A DNA stretch of 64,000 nt from a virus, in the IMG/VR virus record IMGVR_UViG_3300042387_001967; one strand, 5' to 3'. The notes under the pieces were generated by a model. It did no database searches and was not told the DNA's origin. It saw only the letters and a list, made by a program, of their open reading frames with translations. The position numbers and the translations under genes were made by a program. Positions within the stretch are counted from its first letter, which is position 1; every line of letters begins with the position of its first letter. Of the stretch, positions 53,678-61,742 are shown piece after piece.

Positions 53678-54646
53678 TTACGCGATGCCAGTCATCGTGT
53701 AGGTCAGCTTCTGCACGCCGAGGGTGTTGCCGATCGTGAGACCGACCTGCTCCTGGGCACGCATGCGGATGATGTCGTACTCCTTCTTGATGGTGACGGT
53801 GATGTCTTCGAGCATCAGCGCGTTGCCAAGGAATTCCTTGGGCGCGAACTGATACATGACGCCGTTTGCGACGAGTCCGTTCTTGATGGTGCTGACGAAC
53901 GGGACGCCGAACATCTCGAACTTCTCGAGGGCCTTGAGACCCTTGCGGGCCACGTCCTGCGACAAGTCGCCGCCCATCTCCAAACGCTCCCAACCGAGAA
54001 ACTCGTTGGCAGTGCGTTGATTGACGAGGACGACACCGATCGGCAGCTGGCGCTCAATGAGGTAGCTGACGGCGCGCTTCAGGCCCTTGCGGGAGAAGGT
54101 AGCGCTGGTCATCGTGACGTTCTGGTAGGCGCCCGGAGAGGCACTTTCCACCGTCGCGTAGGCCGTGGCACCACCCACGATGCGGTCGATCTCCGTAAGG
54201 AACGAAGTGTCTTCCGCCGTGTGGATGTCACGCAGCATGTTGTCGTTGACGATCTGCCGAAGGTCCGTCTTGTAGGTCCGGAGCTGGTTGATGTTCTTCG
54301 TCGCTTCCTCGGTCGTGATCACCGACAGGAGCACCACATACTTCTCCGCGCGATACGAGAAGGAGTTCGGGGTGTCGTTGTAGGGGATGACGCGAGCAGG
54401 CGGCGAGTCCGGTTCGAGTTCGTACCAAACTCCGGGGAGTTCCGAGTCCCCGAAATAATCGAGGTCCTCGTTGGTAATCATGTCGAATGACAGAATCGCG
54501 CGCTGGAAGCCCTCCTCCCGGATTTGTGTCCGGGTGGCCTTCGAGGTCGCGGTGGATGCTTTCTTCACAACGCCGTCGTCCGATGAGAGGACGTCGTCGA
54601 TGAGTTGCTTCTTGATGAGCAGGTCTTTTGCAGCTTGTTCGTTCAT
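53678..54646 (-). CDS. major capsid protein (HK97-like fold presumed)
   Basis: 322 aa, strongest codon bias in the window, follows scaffold and decoration genes, own terminator. Confidence 0.75.
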   Translation of the reverse strand: MNEQAAKDLLIKKQLIDDVLSSDDGVVKKASTATSKATRTQIREEGFQRAILSFDMITNEDLDYFGDSELPGVWYELEPDSPPARVIPYNDTPNSFSYRAEKYVVLLSVITTEEATKNINQLRTYKTDLRQIVNDNMLRDIHTAEDTSFLTEIDRIVGGATAYATVESASPGAYQNVTMTSATFSRKGLKRAVSYLIERQLPIGVVLVNQRTANEFLGWERLEMGGDLSQDVARKGLKALEKFEMFGVPFVSTIKNGLVANGVMYQFAPKEFLGNALMLEDITVTIKKEYDIIRMRAQEQVGLTIGNTLGVQKLTYTMTGIA

Positions 54647-54668
54647 GGTCGTTTGTTACCGGTTAGAG

Positions 54669-55238
54669 TTAGGCTGCTTTGATCTGTCCATGGCGGGCCG
54701 TCTTGAACTGGAGCACTTCGGCGTCTGCTGCTGTCGCCGTAGGCAAAGTCTTGCCCACATACGGGAGCGAAGCATCCGAGCCCGTGCCGATCTTGGTCAC
54801 GTAGCCGATGATGTAGTCGCCCTCGGTCGCGTGCGTCACGAGGCCGCCGACCTTGATGGCGAGGGGCTCGTTCAACACGTAAGCGCCGCCGCTCTTGTCG
54901 AAATATCCAGTTTGGACTTCGTAATCGTCGGAGCAATCAAGCCCAACGATTCCGCCGGCCGCCTGCACGTCGTGAGAATCCTGGTCGTGGGTGGCGATAA
55001 AGACGGACAGGGCTTCGACGACTGCATCAGCGTCGACTCCCTTACGGAACGCGCCGGCGGTCGAAACCGCGTTGACGAGTCCTGTGTCCTTCACTATCAC
55101 CATTCCAGACCGGATCGCTTCACCGTCGATAGGCGGGGCGAGAGACGACAACTTGACAGGTTCCGTGGGTTGATTCCCGCGGATGATCTGTAGGGGCACT
55201 CGATCGCGCGAATAGCGCCGATTAGTTCCGTATAACAT
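54669..55238 (-). CDS. capsid decoration/cement protein
   Basis: Immediately upstream of the capsid gene; beta-rich, about 190 aa. Confidence 0.55.
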   Translation of the reverse strand: MLYGTNRRYSRDRVPLQIIRGNQPTEPVKLSSLAPPIDGEAIRSGMVIVKDTGLVNAVSTAGAFRKGVDADAVVEALSVFIATHDQDSHDVQAAGGIVGLDCSDDYEVQTGYFDKSGGAYVLNEPLAIKVGGLVTHATEGDYIIGYVTKIGTGSDASLPYVGKTLPTATAADAEVLQFKTARHGQIKAA

Positions 55239-55277
55239 GTTGTTGTTTCAGGTATGTGGTGTTTTTGATCCGGCACC

Positions 55278-55691
55278 TTAGCCAAGACCAGCCTCAGTGC
55301 AGCACCGTTCCCAAAGGTCGGTTCTGCTTTCGGATGATCCGGCTTCAGTCCGGGTTGCGGCTGGCTTATCGACCAGGTCCCCGTCCTTGCCGAACAAGTC
55401 GACGTAGAGCGGAAACACGGCCCTGGAGGCCAGCTTCTCCAGAAACTCGAGCAGTTCAGCAGGGCCGGCCTGCTCGAGAGATTTTGCGAGGTCCTTTCCA
55501 GTGTTGTCCTGGAAGGCGCCTGTCTTCATGAGTTCCTTGGCGACTGCAGCGCAGCGAACGGACGCCACTTTCACCAGGGTCACTGGCTCGGGGCGGCGGT
55601 GCGCGAGTTCTGCAGATTTCACGGCTGTTTCAGCGAGGTCGATGGCATCATCGATCACACTGAGCATCTCCGTGAACGCCTTGTTGTTCAT
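55278..55691 (-). CDS. hypothetical head-module protein
   Basis: 137 aa, LEKLAS motif. Confidence 0.6.
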   Translation of the reverse strand: MNNKAFTEMLSVIDDAIDLAETAVKSAELAHRRPEPVTLVKVASVRCAAVAKELMKTGAFQDNTGKDLAKSLEQAGPAELLEFLEKLASRAVFPLYVDLFGKDGDLVDKPAATRTEAGSSESRTDLWERCCTEAGLG

Positions 55692-55715
55692 GTCGTAAAT
55701 GAGTTGCGAATGGGT

Positions 55716-56840
55716 TTAGACTGCTGCTTCCTCCGGCATGCCTTCGGGCGCGGCACCTTCGCCGCCGGACGTCGCTTGAACAGCTTCGAGGATGTCCTCC
55801 TCGGTGATCTGACCGCTGGCGAGCATTTCCTGCAGCAGCGCCATGATCTCTTCCTCGCTGAGGGATTCGCCGCCCATCGGCAATGCTTCGTCGGCTGGCG
55901 AGGCGCCATCGGCTGGCGGCTCAGCACCTTCCGGGGCTCCGGCTTCGTCGGCCGCGGCCATGAGCGCCGCATCGTCCATGCCCTGCGCGTAGGCTGCCTT
56001 GAGCAGCGGATGATCGAGTGACGCGAGCGTCTCCTGATGCAGCGCGGCCTGCTTGATGATGGCGTCCGCGTGCGCCTCGGTCACGCCAGCTTCCAGCAGG
56101 CTCTCATGAATTTCGTGCACCTTGCGTCCGAGATCGTCGTAAGCGGCCTGCTTGATCTGTTCACCCTCGCCGAAGACGTGCGAGGCGTCGATGGCCTCGA
56201 GAATCTGCGCGCGGGCTGCGTCCTCGCCTGCCTGCTTCTCTAGGAGGTCATGCGCCATGCGGATGCCCTCGTCAGTGCTCACGAACACGCGGGCGATTTT
56301 GCACAGCACTTCCGTGCTGAGGTCCAGCGTGGAAGCCCCGGTGCCGGCCTGCTTCTCAGTCTGCCGTGCGGGCTGTCTTGCGGGAGCGGACGCAGCGAAG
56401 CGCTGAGCGAGCGCGGGATTCGACTGCACCAGCGCTGCGCGGATACTCGCGGCGCGTTTGGAAAGGTTTGCGGCTTTCAGCGTCGTGCCGTCTGCGGGCT
56501 GGTCCGCCTTCAACTCCGCTTCACCCGGATCCTTGGGAATGCTGGCCTTGCTCGCGGTGATACCGCCCTGGCCGTCGGCGACGGTCATACGATCGGGTCT
56601 GCCGGCCGGAACCTGGGCCCCTTTGCGCGCCGTGCCGTCTGCCGGCTGCAGGCGCTTCAGTTCAGCTTCGCCGACATCCTTGGGAATGCTGGCCTTGCTC
56701 GCGGTGATACCGCCCTGGCCGTCGGCGACGGTCATACGGTCTGGTGCGCCTTCTCCGGCTGCGGATTTCTCGGCTGCGATCTTTTCCGCATACTGGCGAA
56801 GCGCGGCAGCCACTCGGTGTTGATTGGGTTTGGACATGTT
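55716..56840 (-). CDS. putative scaffold protein
   Basis: Acidic, Ala-rich helical protein between the protease and capsid genes; likely start MSKPNQ; 49-aa internal duplication. Confidence 0.6.
   Translation of the reverse strand, partial: NMSKPNQHRVAAALRQYAEKIAAEKSAAGEGAPDRMTVADGQGGITASKASIPKDVGEAELKRLQPADGTARKGAQVPAGRPDRMTVADGQGGITASKASIPKDPGEAELKADQPADGTTLKAANLSKRAASIRAALVQSNPALAQRFAASAPARQPARQTEKQAGTGASTLDLSTEVLCKIARVFVSTDEGIRMAHDLLEKQAGEDAARAQILEAIDASHVFGEGEQIKQAAYDDLGRKVHEIHESLLEAGVTEAHADAIIKQAALHQETLASLDHPLLKAAYAQGMDDAALMAAADEAGAPEGAEPPADGASPADEALPMGGESLSEEEIMALLQEMLASGQITEEDILEAVQATSGGEGAAPEGMPEEAAV
56529..56738. repeat. 63-bp identical direct repeat, 147-bp period
   Basis: 56529-56591 equals 56676-56738 (encodes RMTVADGQGGITASKASIPKD). 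Confidence 0.9.
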
Positions 56841-56894
56841 AGTCGTGGGTTTGTTGGTGTGGAGGCTTTCGCCAGTGGATGTGATCTTGTGGTG

Positions 56895-56923
56895 AGTATG
56901 TATCAAAAATGGGCGGATGGCAA
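56895..56923 (-). promoter_or_regulatory. sigma70-type promoter TTGCCA-N17-CATACT
   Basis: Exact 17-bp spacing upstream of the scaffold gene. Confidence 0.55.
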
Positions 56924-56926
56924 TCT

Positions 56927-58393
56927 TTATGCGCGACGAATCATCAAACTCGCGGCGAGCCCTCGAAACAGTGTGCCGGCGTTGACGTCCGGCAGGTCTT
57001 TGATCTGGTGTGCGGCTTTCACTAAGTAGTGTCCGTAAGCTTCTATCAGACCGCCGTAGTAGTCGTCGATATTTTTTTTGAGGCCCGGACGCGCAGCGAT
57101 GCTGCCGCTCTTGATGATCACCACGCGCATCGCACGATCAGACGCCTGACCTGTGCCCATTCCAAGGTCGCCGCCAACCTCGTCCATGAGACGATCGATG
57201 TTGTCCTTGCCGGGCGAGAAGGAGCAGCCTGTTTCGTCCGGCGCCACAGCGTCAGCGACATCCTCGCCGCACGCGCAGCCGCCGCTGTGCATCATCCCCG
57301 CCAGCAGCGAAGGCAGCTTGATTTCAGCAGCGTCGCACAGTGCCGCGTTCTTCTCGATGTCGGCTATCTTCTGTCCGGTCACGAGCGAAGCGAACGTGTA
57401 AAAATTGATGACCATGGCGCGCTTGGCCAGCTCGCCTCCGGCGTTGCGGAAGTCCACCTCGGCCAGTGTGTCTATCTGGTCGGCTGAAAGATCTTGCGGC
57501 GCCAGCTTGCACAGCACTTCCCGCGTCACCGCGTCAGCACGCTTCACGAATTCATCAGCCGCGGCGAGCTTCTGCAGTGTGAGATTTTCCCACTCGCTGA
57601 ACGGCACGACGCGCGCATTGCCGAACTGAAACGCGGCCCATTGTGCGCCGGTAATGATCGCGTCGCCCGACGCAGCCTTCGCCATCTCGCCCTCCGGAAA
57701 TGTGTAGCTCAGGAAAGTGGCGATGCGGTCAGCGCGTCGTTTGACTTCGCTGATGTCGAAGAACTTCACGTCGTCCTCGTTGCGGGCGTAGGCATACTTC
57801 TCAAACCCATCCACGAACCGCAGCATGTTGTTCTTCAGATGGCTGCAGTAGTCCGTTGTGCGCTTGCTCTTTTTCTTGCAGCACGAGCACTCGTCATGCG
57901 GGAGGCGCATGGACATCGACCAAGACAGCTCCTCGCCGGCCTTCGCCTTCTTATACATGTCCGGCGCCTTGTCCTTTTCCACCCAGGCGATCAACTCGCC
58001 GCGGTGCATCTTCGGATTCACCCGGGCCAGTCGGACGGTGCCGATGCCCTGAGTCACGGGGTTGCGATTTTTGTGTTCGCGGAATACGCATCCAAATTTT
58101 TCGAACGTGCCGTGGTGACGGTCCAGCGATCGCCGGCTGGCTGAGTCGCCGTTGCGGTTCGGCCCAAAAGTTTCTTCCTCGCCCATCGTGATCAGATGCA
58201 CGCCAAACTGATCATCCGGAGGCATGTGCTCCTGCAGATCCAGGCGCGAGATGACGTCCGATGCCGACTTCGTAAATCCACTGCGGCCCCGGTCGCGCTC
58301 GAAGAATGTGAAAGCCTTGCCGTCAGCCGCCCGCAGCAGCTCCGCGTGGTCGTCCGTGGCGAATGATTTTTCGAGTTCGCGTTCGATGTGCAT
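56927..58393 (-). CDS. putative prohead protease
   Basis: FREHKN...SWSMSM...DECSCC...YCSHLK...N...FFDISEV...ADRIA, like herpes/HK97-type maturation proteases with a zinc-binding insert. Confidence 0.65.
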   Translation of the reverse strand: MHIERELEKSFATDDHAELLRAADGKAFTFFERDRGRSGFTKSASDVISRLDLQEHMPPDDQFGVHLITMGEEETFGPNRNGDSASRRSLDRHHGTFEKFGCVFREHKNRNPVTQGIGTVRLARVNPKMHRGELIAWVEKDKAPDMYKKAKAGEELSWSMSMRLPHDECSCCKKKSKRTTDYCSHLKNNMLRFVDGFEKYAYARNEDDVKFFDISEVKRRADRIATFLSYTFPEGEMAKAASGDAIITGAQWAAFQFGNARVVPFSEWENLTLQKLAAADEFVKRADAVTREVLCKLAPQDLSADQIDTLAEVDFRNAGGELAKRAMVINFYTFASLVTGQKIADIEKNAALCDAAEIKLPSLLAGMMHSGGCACGEDVADAVAPDETGCSFSPGKDNIDRLMDEVGGDLGMGTGQASDRAMRVVIIKSGSIAARPGLKKNIDDYYGGLIEAYGHYLVKAAHQIKDLPDVNAGTLFRGLAASLMIRRA

Positions 58394-58395
58394 GG

Positions 58396-59205
58396 TCAGG
58401 CTTCGGAAGTCTTGTTGGTGATCAGCGCGCCGATGATCGCCGGAATGCCGGCGGCCGCCAGTCCTATCGCGCCGCGTCCGATCGCGCGCGGCGTCGACTG
58501 GCCCAGGATGCCCAGTCCACGGCGTCGCACGGTCGACAGAGCGCCTTGCGCACTCTGCGCCTTCTCAGACGAGAGTCCGGCGCGCTCCAGTAGTTTGCCC
58601 ACGCTGCCCTCCGCGACGTTGGAGGATGGAAGACCGGCCATGCGGCGAAGCTGGTCAGCTTGCGGTTGCTGCGCGGTCGGGAGAGCGCGGATGGCATCCG
58701 CGATTTCGTCCGCGCTCGCGGTGTTCGCCCAAGCAGTGTCCTTGTTCAGCAGCGGAAGCAGACGCTTGCTGTAGTCATCCGTCGAGCCGGCCCCGATGAC
58801 AGAGCGACCGCGCGTCGCCGCCAGTGCGCCCAGGCCAGACGAAGCGGCGGTGATCGGCGAGAACGCCACGTTCTTCACTGTGGTGGACAGCGGCCCTTCG
58901 TCGTTGGGTGCTCCTGACAAAACCTTGGAACTGTCGGACATGTTGCCCACGGTTTTCTCCAGCCCTTTCGCTCCCAGGTAATGCGCGCCGCCGGCCAGGC
59001 CTCCCGCGATCAGCGCGTTGCGCAGGATGCGGCCCAAGTAGCCCACGCGGCTCTCGCCCGAATCAGCGCGCCGCCGGCCCGACAGCGCACCGCCCGCGAT
59101 CGCGCCGACGCCGCCGGACATGAGGTAGGGAACCAGCGATTTGAAGGCGTCCGAGTTCAGGTAGCTCGCAGCCTGATCGCGCAGATTGGTAGGTTTGTCA
59201 GTCAT
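58396..59205 (-). CDS. Gly/Ala-rich virion-associated protein
   Basis: Several GG/AG-rich hydrophobic helices. Confidence 0.65.
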   Translation of the reverse strand: MTDKPTNLRDQAASYLNSDAFKSLVPYLMSGGVGAIAGGALSGRRRADSGESRVGYLGRILRNALIAGGLAGGAHYLGAKGLEKTVGNMSDSSKVLSGAPNDEGPLSTTVKNVAFSPITAASSGLGALAATRGRSVIGAGSTDDYSKRLLPLLNKDTAWANTASADEIADAIRALPTAQQPQADQLRRMAGLPSSNVAEGSVGKLLERAGLSSEKAQSAQGALSTVRRRGLGILGQSTPRAIGRGAIGLAAAGIPAIIGALITNKTSEA

Positions 59206-59212
59206 TGAAATG

Positions 59213-60781
59213 TTACGCTCGCTTGTTGCTGTCGGAACGCACCAGCGACAGCGGACCGGCGCCGCCGACAGTGTAGCGCGATTTCTCGTTGATGTCGGAA
59301 AGTTCGTCCGCCTGTTCGCTGTTGCGGCGGATTTCAGAAAGCAGCTTCTGCGAGTCCAAGGTGAGCCCTTCGTAACTCACTGCCTCGCGCAGGATCAAGC
59401 GCAAAGCAGCCATGTCGCCCGCGAGTTGCGGGTTCCTGGCGGTGACCGAGTTGTAGATCTCCAGCACGACTTTCGGGTCCGCTTCCTTCAGCACGGGATC
59501 TGTGCCGATCAGTCGGCGAATGGCCATTGCGCGCTTGATGTCCTCCACGGACACATCAGCGGAAATCTGCGCCTTGTTCAGCCGCGGCTTGGACGTGATG
59601 CCGGTGATCACTCCTTCGGCTTTGTCCGCGGCAGCCTGCGTTGCTCCGGCTACTGCGGCGACTGGCTTTCCGAGCAGATCCATCAGGCTGATGGACTCCT
59701 GCTTGTTCTCGGGATCGCTGGTGCTGCGCTTGTCTCCAGTCGACTTGTCGCCGCCGCCGCCCACGGGCGGTCCGCTGGCGCGCGGCGGACCACCAGATCC
59801 AGCGGCGGGCTGTGCTGTTGTCGAGATCGAATCGACATTATCCAGCGACTTCTGCGCGTCGTCCACCTTGGCCTTGTCCGCCTTCTCAGGTTTAGGGACG
59901 TTGAATATATCGCTGACGTCTGCATCATTGTCCACCTGGTGGACCTCGACCGCGGTGCCGTCGCTGGCCTTGGCGGCCATCTTGATCAGCACTTCCAGCG
60001 TGCTGGCGGCCTTCGCCAGTTCTGCAAATTTCTGCCCGAGCGCGTGTCCGATGTCGTAGGCCCGCTGCGGCACGCGGACGTCATAAGCAAACCGCAGCAG
60101 CTTCGTGCGATGCGGCGCTGCGAACTTCTCCATGAACGCGCCGGCCGCTTTGACCGCGGCGGGCGGCTGATACTGCAGCGCCTCTTGTTCGAACTCGGAA
60201 ATGTCGCGCTGGAAATGCCAGTCGCCAACACGCGGCGCCGCTGTAAAAATCTCACTGGCGAGTTTGGACATCTCGTCTTCGAGATCAACTTCGAGCGTCA
60301 GCAGCGCATCCTGCAACTGCTCGCGCGACACCGCCTGCTTGAATGTTTCGTGCACCTTCGCCGGCTGGTCAGTCACCTGCGCGGCTGCCTTTTCCAGATT
60401 CGCCTCACGCCTCATTGCGGCGGCCAAGTCGACGGTGCGCGGATCGTGCGTCGAAAAAGAATGCGGACCGGCCGCTGCCTTCTCGTGATTGAGTCCGGTG
60501 GCGTAGCCGACCACAAGCGTCGGAACATCCACCAGCGGCACCGTCTGACCGCGCGCGTCGTCCGCAGCGTGATCGATGTAACTGACGGTGCGGAGAGTGT
60601 TGTAAACCTGGGCGAGCTTCTCGAGCTGCGCAGGCGGCAGATCCTCGCGAGCGGCATACTCTGTGAGGACAACCTCGGCCCCGCGCTTCTCGATGTCGGG
60701 CACGAGATTCACCACGGTTCGAACAGCGGAATCATGCGTCATGCTGTAACCATATCCGTTCTCTTGCTGCGTGTCCATCAC
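59213..60781 (-). CDS. virion-associated hypothetical protein
   Basis: 522 aa with EKAAA motifs. Confidence 0.7.
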   Translation of the reverse strand: MMDTQQENGYGYSMTHDSAVRTVVNLVPDIEKRGAEVVLTEYAAREDLPPAQLEKLAQVYNTLRTVSYIDHAADDARGQTVPLVDVPTLVVGYATGLNHEKAAAGPHSFSTHDPRTVDLAAAMRREANLEKAAAQVTDQPAKVHETFKQAVSREQLQDALLTLEVDLEDEMSKLASEIFTAAPRVGDWHFQRDISEFEQEALQYQPPAAVKAAGAFMEKFAAPHRTKLLRFAYDVRVPQRAYDIGHALGQKFAELAKAASTLEVLIKMAAKASDGTAVEVHQVDNDADVSDIFNVPKPEKADKAKVDDAQKSLDNVDSISTTAQPAAGSGGPPRASGPPVGGGGDKSTGDKRSTSDPENKQESISLMDLLGKPVAAVAGATQAAADKAEGVITGITSKPRLNKAQISADVSVEDIKRAMAIRRLIGTDPVLKEADPKVVLEIYNSVTARNPQLAGDMAALRLILREAVSYEGLTLDSQKLLSEIRRNSEQADELSDINEKSRYTVGGAGPLSLVRSDSNKRA

Positions 60782-60790
60782 AATGGAGGG

Positions 60791-61738
60791 CTAGACATCC
60801 ACGTAACCGCCGCCGCTGTCCGCGACCAGCTGGTCCAATACCATCTCCTTGTTCATCGACAGCGCCTGGCGGAACGCCTCGCTGTAGATCGGGACGATGC
60901 CTGTGAGTGTCGGCTCCTCCTTGTCCGCGCCGCTTTGGCGGGACGCCGCGAGCAACGTCAGCGCGCGGCTCACGCCGACGTTGCGCTGATTCAGCAGACT
61001 CGTGTGCGCCAAGATGAGACCGTTACCCATCAGGAACCGGGTCAGCTCGGATTCGCGATCGTTGCTGGCCGCCAGCTTCCGCAGATACGTGTGGTCGCCG
61101 ATCCCGGACAGATAGGCCGTCAGGTCCATGTCGCGGTGGTTGTAAGCCACCCGCTTGATGAGGTCCTCGTGAGTCGAGTTGCGCAGGTAGTGCTCGTCGA
61201 ACTCAACCAGGCGCGTGTTGGGATACACCTCCTGGGCGAGATACAGCGCGTCAGACCTGCGATCGATGACGTTGAAAAACAGGACCTCAAACGCGTCCAG
61301 CGTGCCCACCGACACCCCGGTCTTCAGCGAGACCTCCCTGAGATGTGTTTCGGCGTTGCCATCCGGGCGGAACGCCAGCAGCATCGCCTTGAGGTGCTGG
61401 CGCAGGTTTGGGGCACCGTTCACGAACTGTGCGAGATGGTAGGCTTCGACGACGTGTTGGTCGTAGTTTTTCCACGGATCCATGCGCAGCAGATACGCCT
61501 TGTGCACCCAAAGATCGCGCCCTTGCAGCATGAGCGGAAACTCCATGCCCCGGTTCGCGAACTGCAGCGCGATATACCAGCCGTAGTTGGTCTGGATGTA
61601 TTTCGCCAGGAACCGATCTCGCGCGGTATCGTGCAGCGGAGAGAAGCGCCGCTGTTGTCCCAGCAGCCCAGCCCGCTCGATCTTCGTCGTCCACTCCGGA
61701 CTCATCGACGCAAGCAAATCAATCGTGTAGGCGTTCAC
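60791..61738 (-). CDS. hypothetical protein
   Basis: 315 aa; possible HTH-like segment LREVSLKTGVSVGTLDAFEVLFFNVIDR. Confidence 0.7.
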   Translation of the reverse strand: MNAYTIDLLASMSPEWTTKIERAGLLGQQRRFSPLHDTARDRFLAKYIQTNYGWYIALQFANRGMEFPLMLQGRDLWVHKAYLLRMDPWKNYDQHVVEAYHLAQFVNGAPNLRQHLKAMLLAFRPDGNAETHLREVSLKTGVSVGTLDAFEVLFFNVIDRRSDALYLAQEVYPNTRLVEFDEHYLRNSTHEDLIKRVAYNHRDMDLTAYLSGIGDHTYLRKLAASNDRESELTRFLMGNGLILAHTSLLNQRNVGVSRALTLLAASRQSGADKEEPTLTGIVPIYSEAFRQALSMNKEMVLDQLVADSGGGYVDV

Positions 61739-61742
61739 GGTG

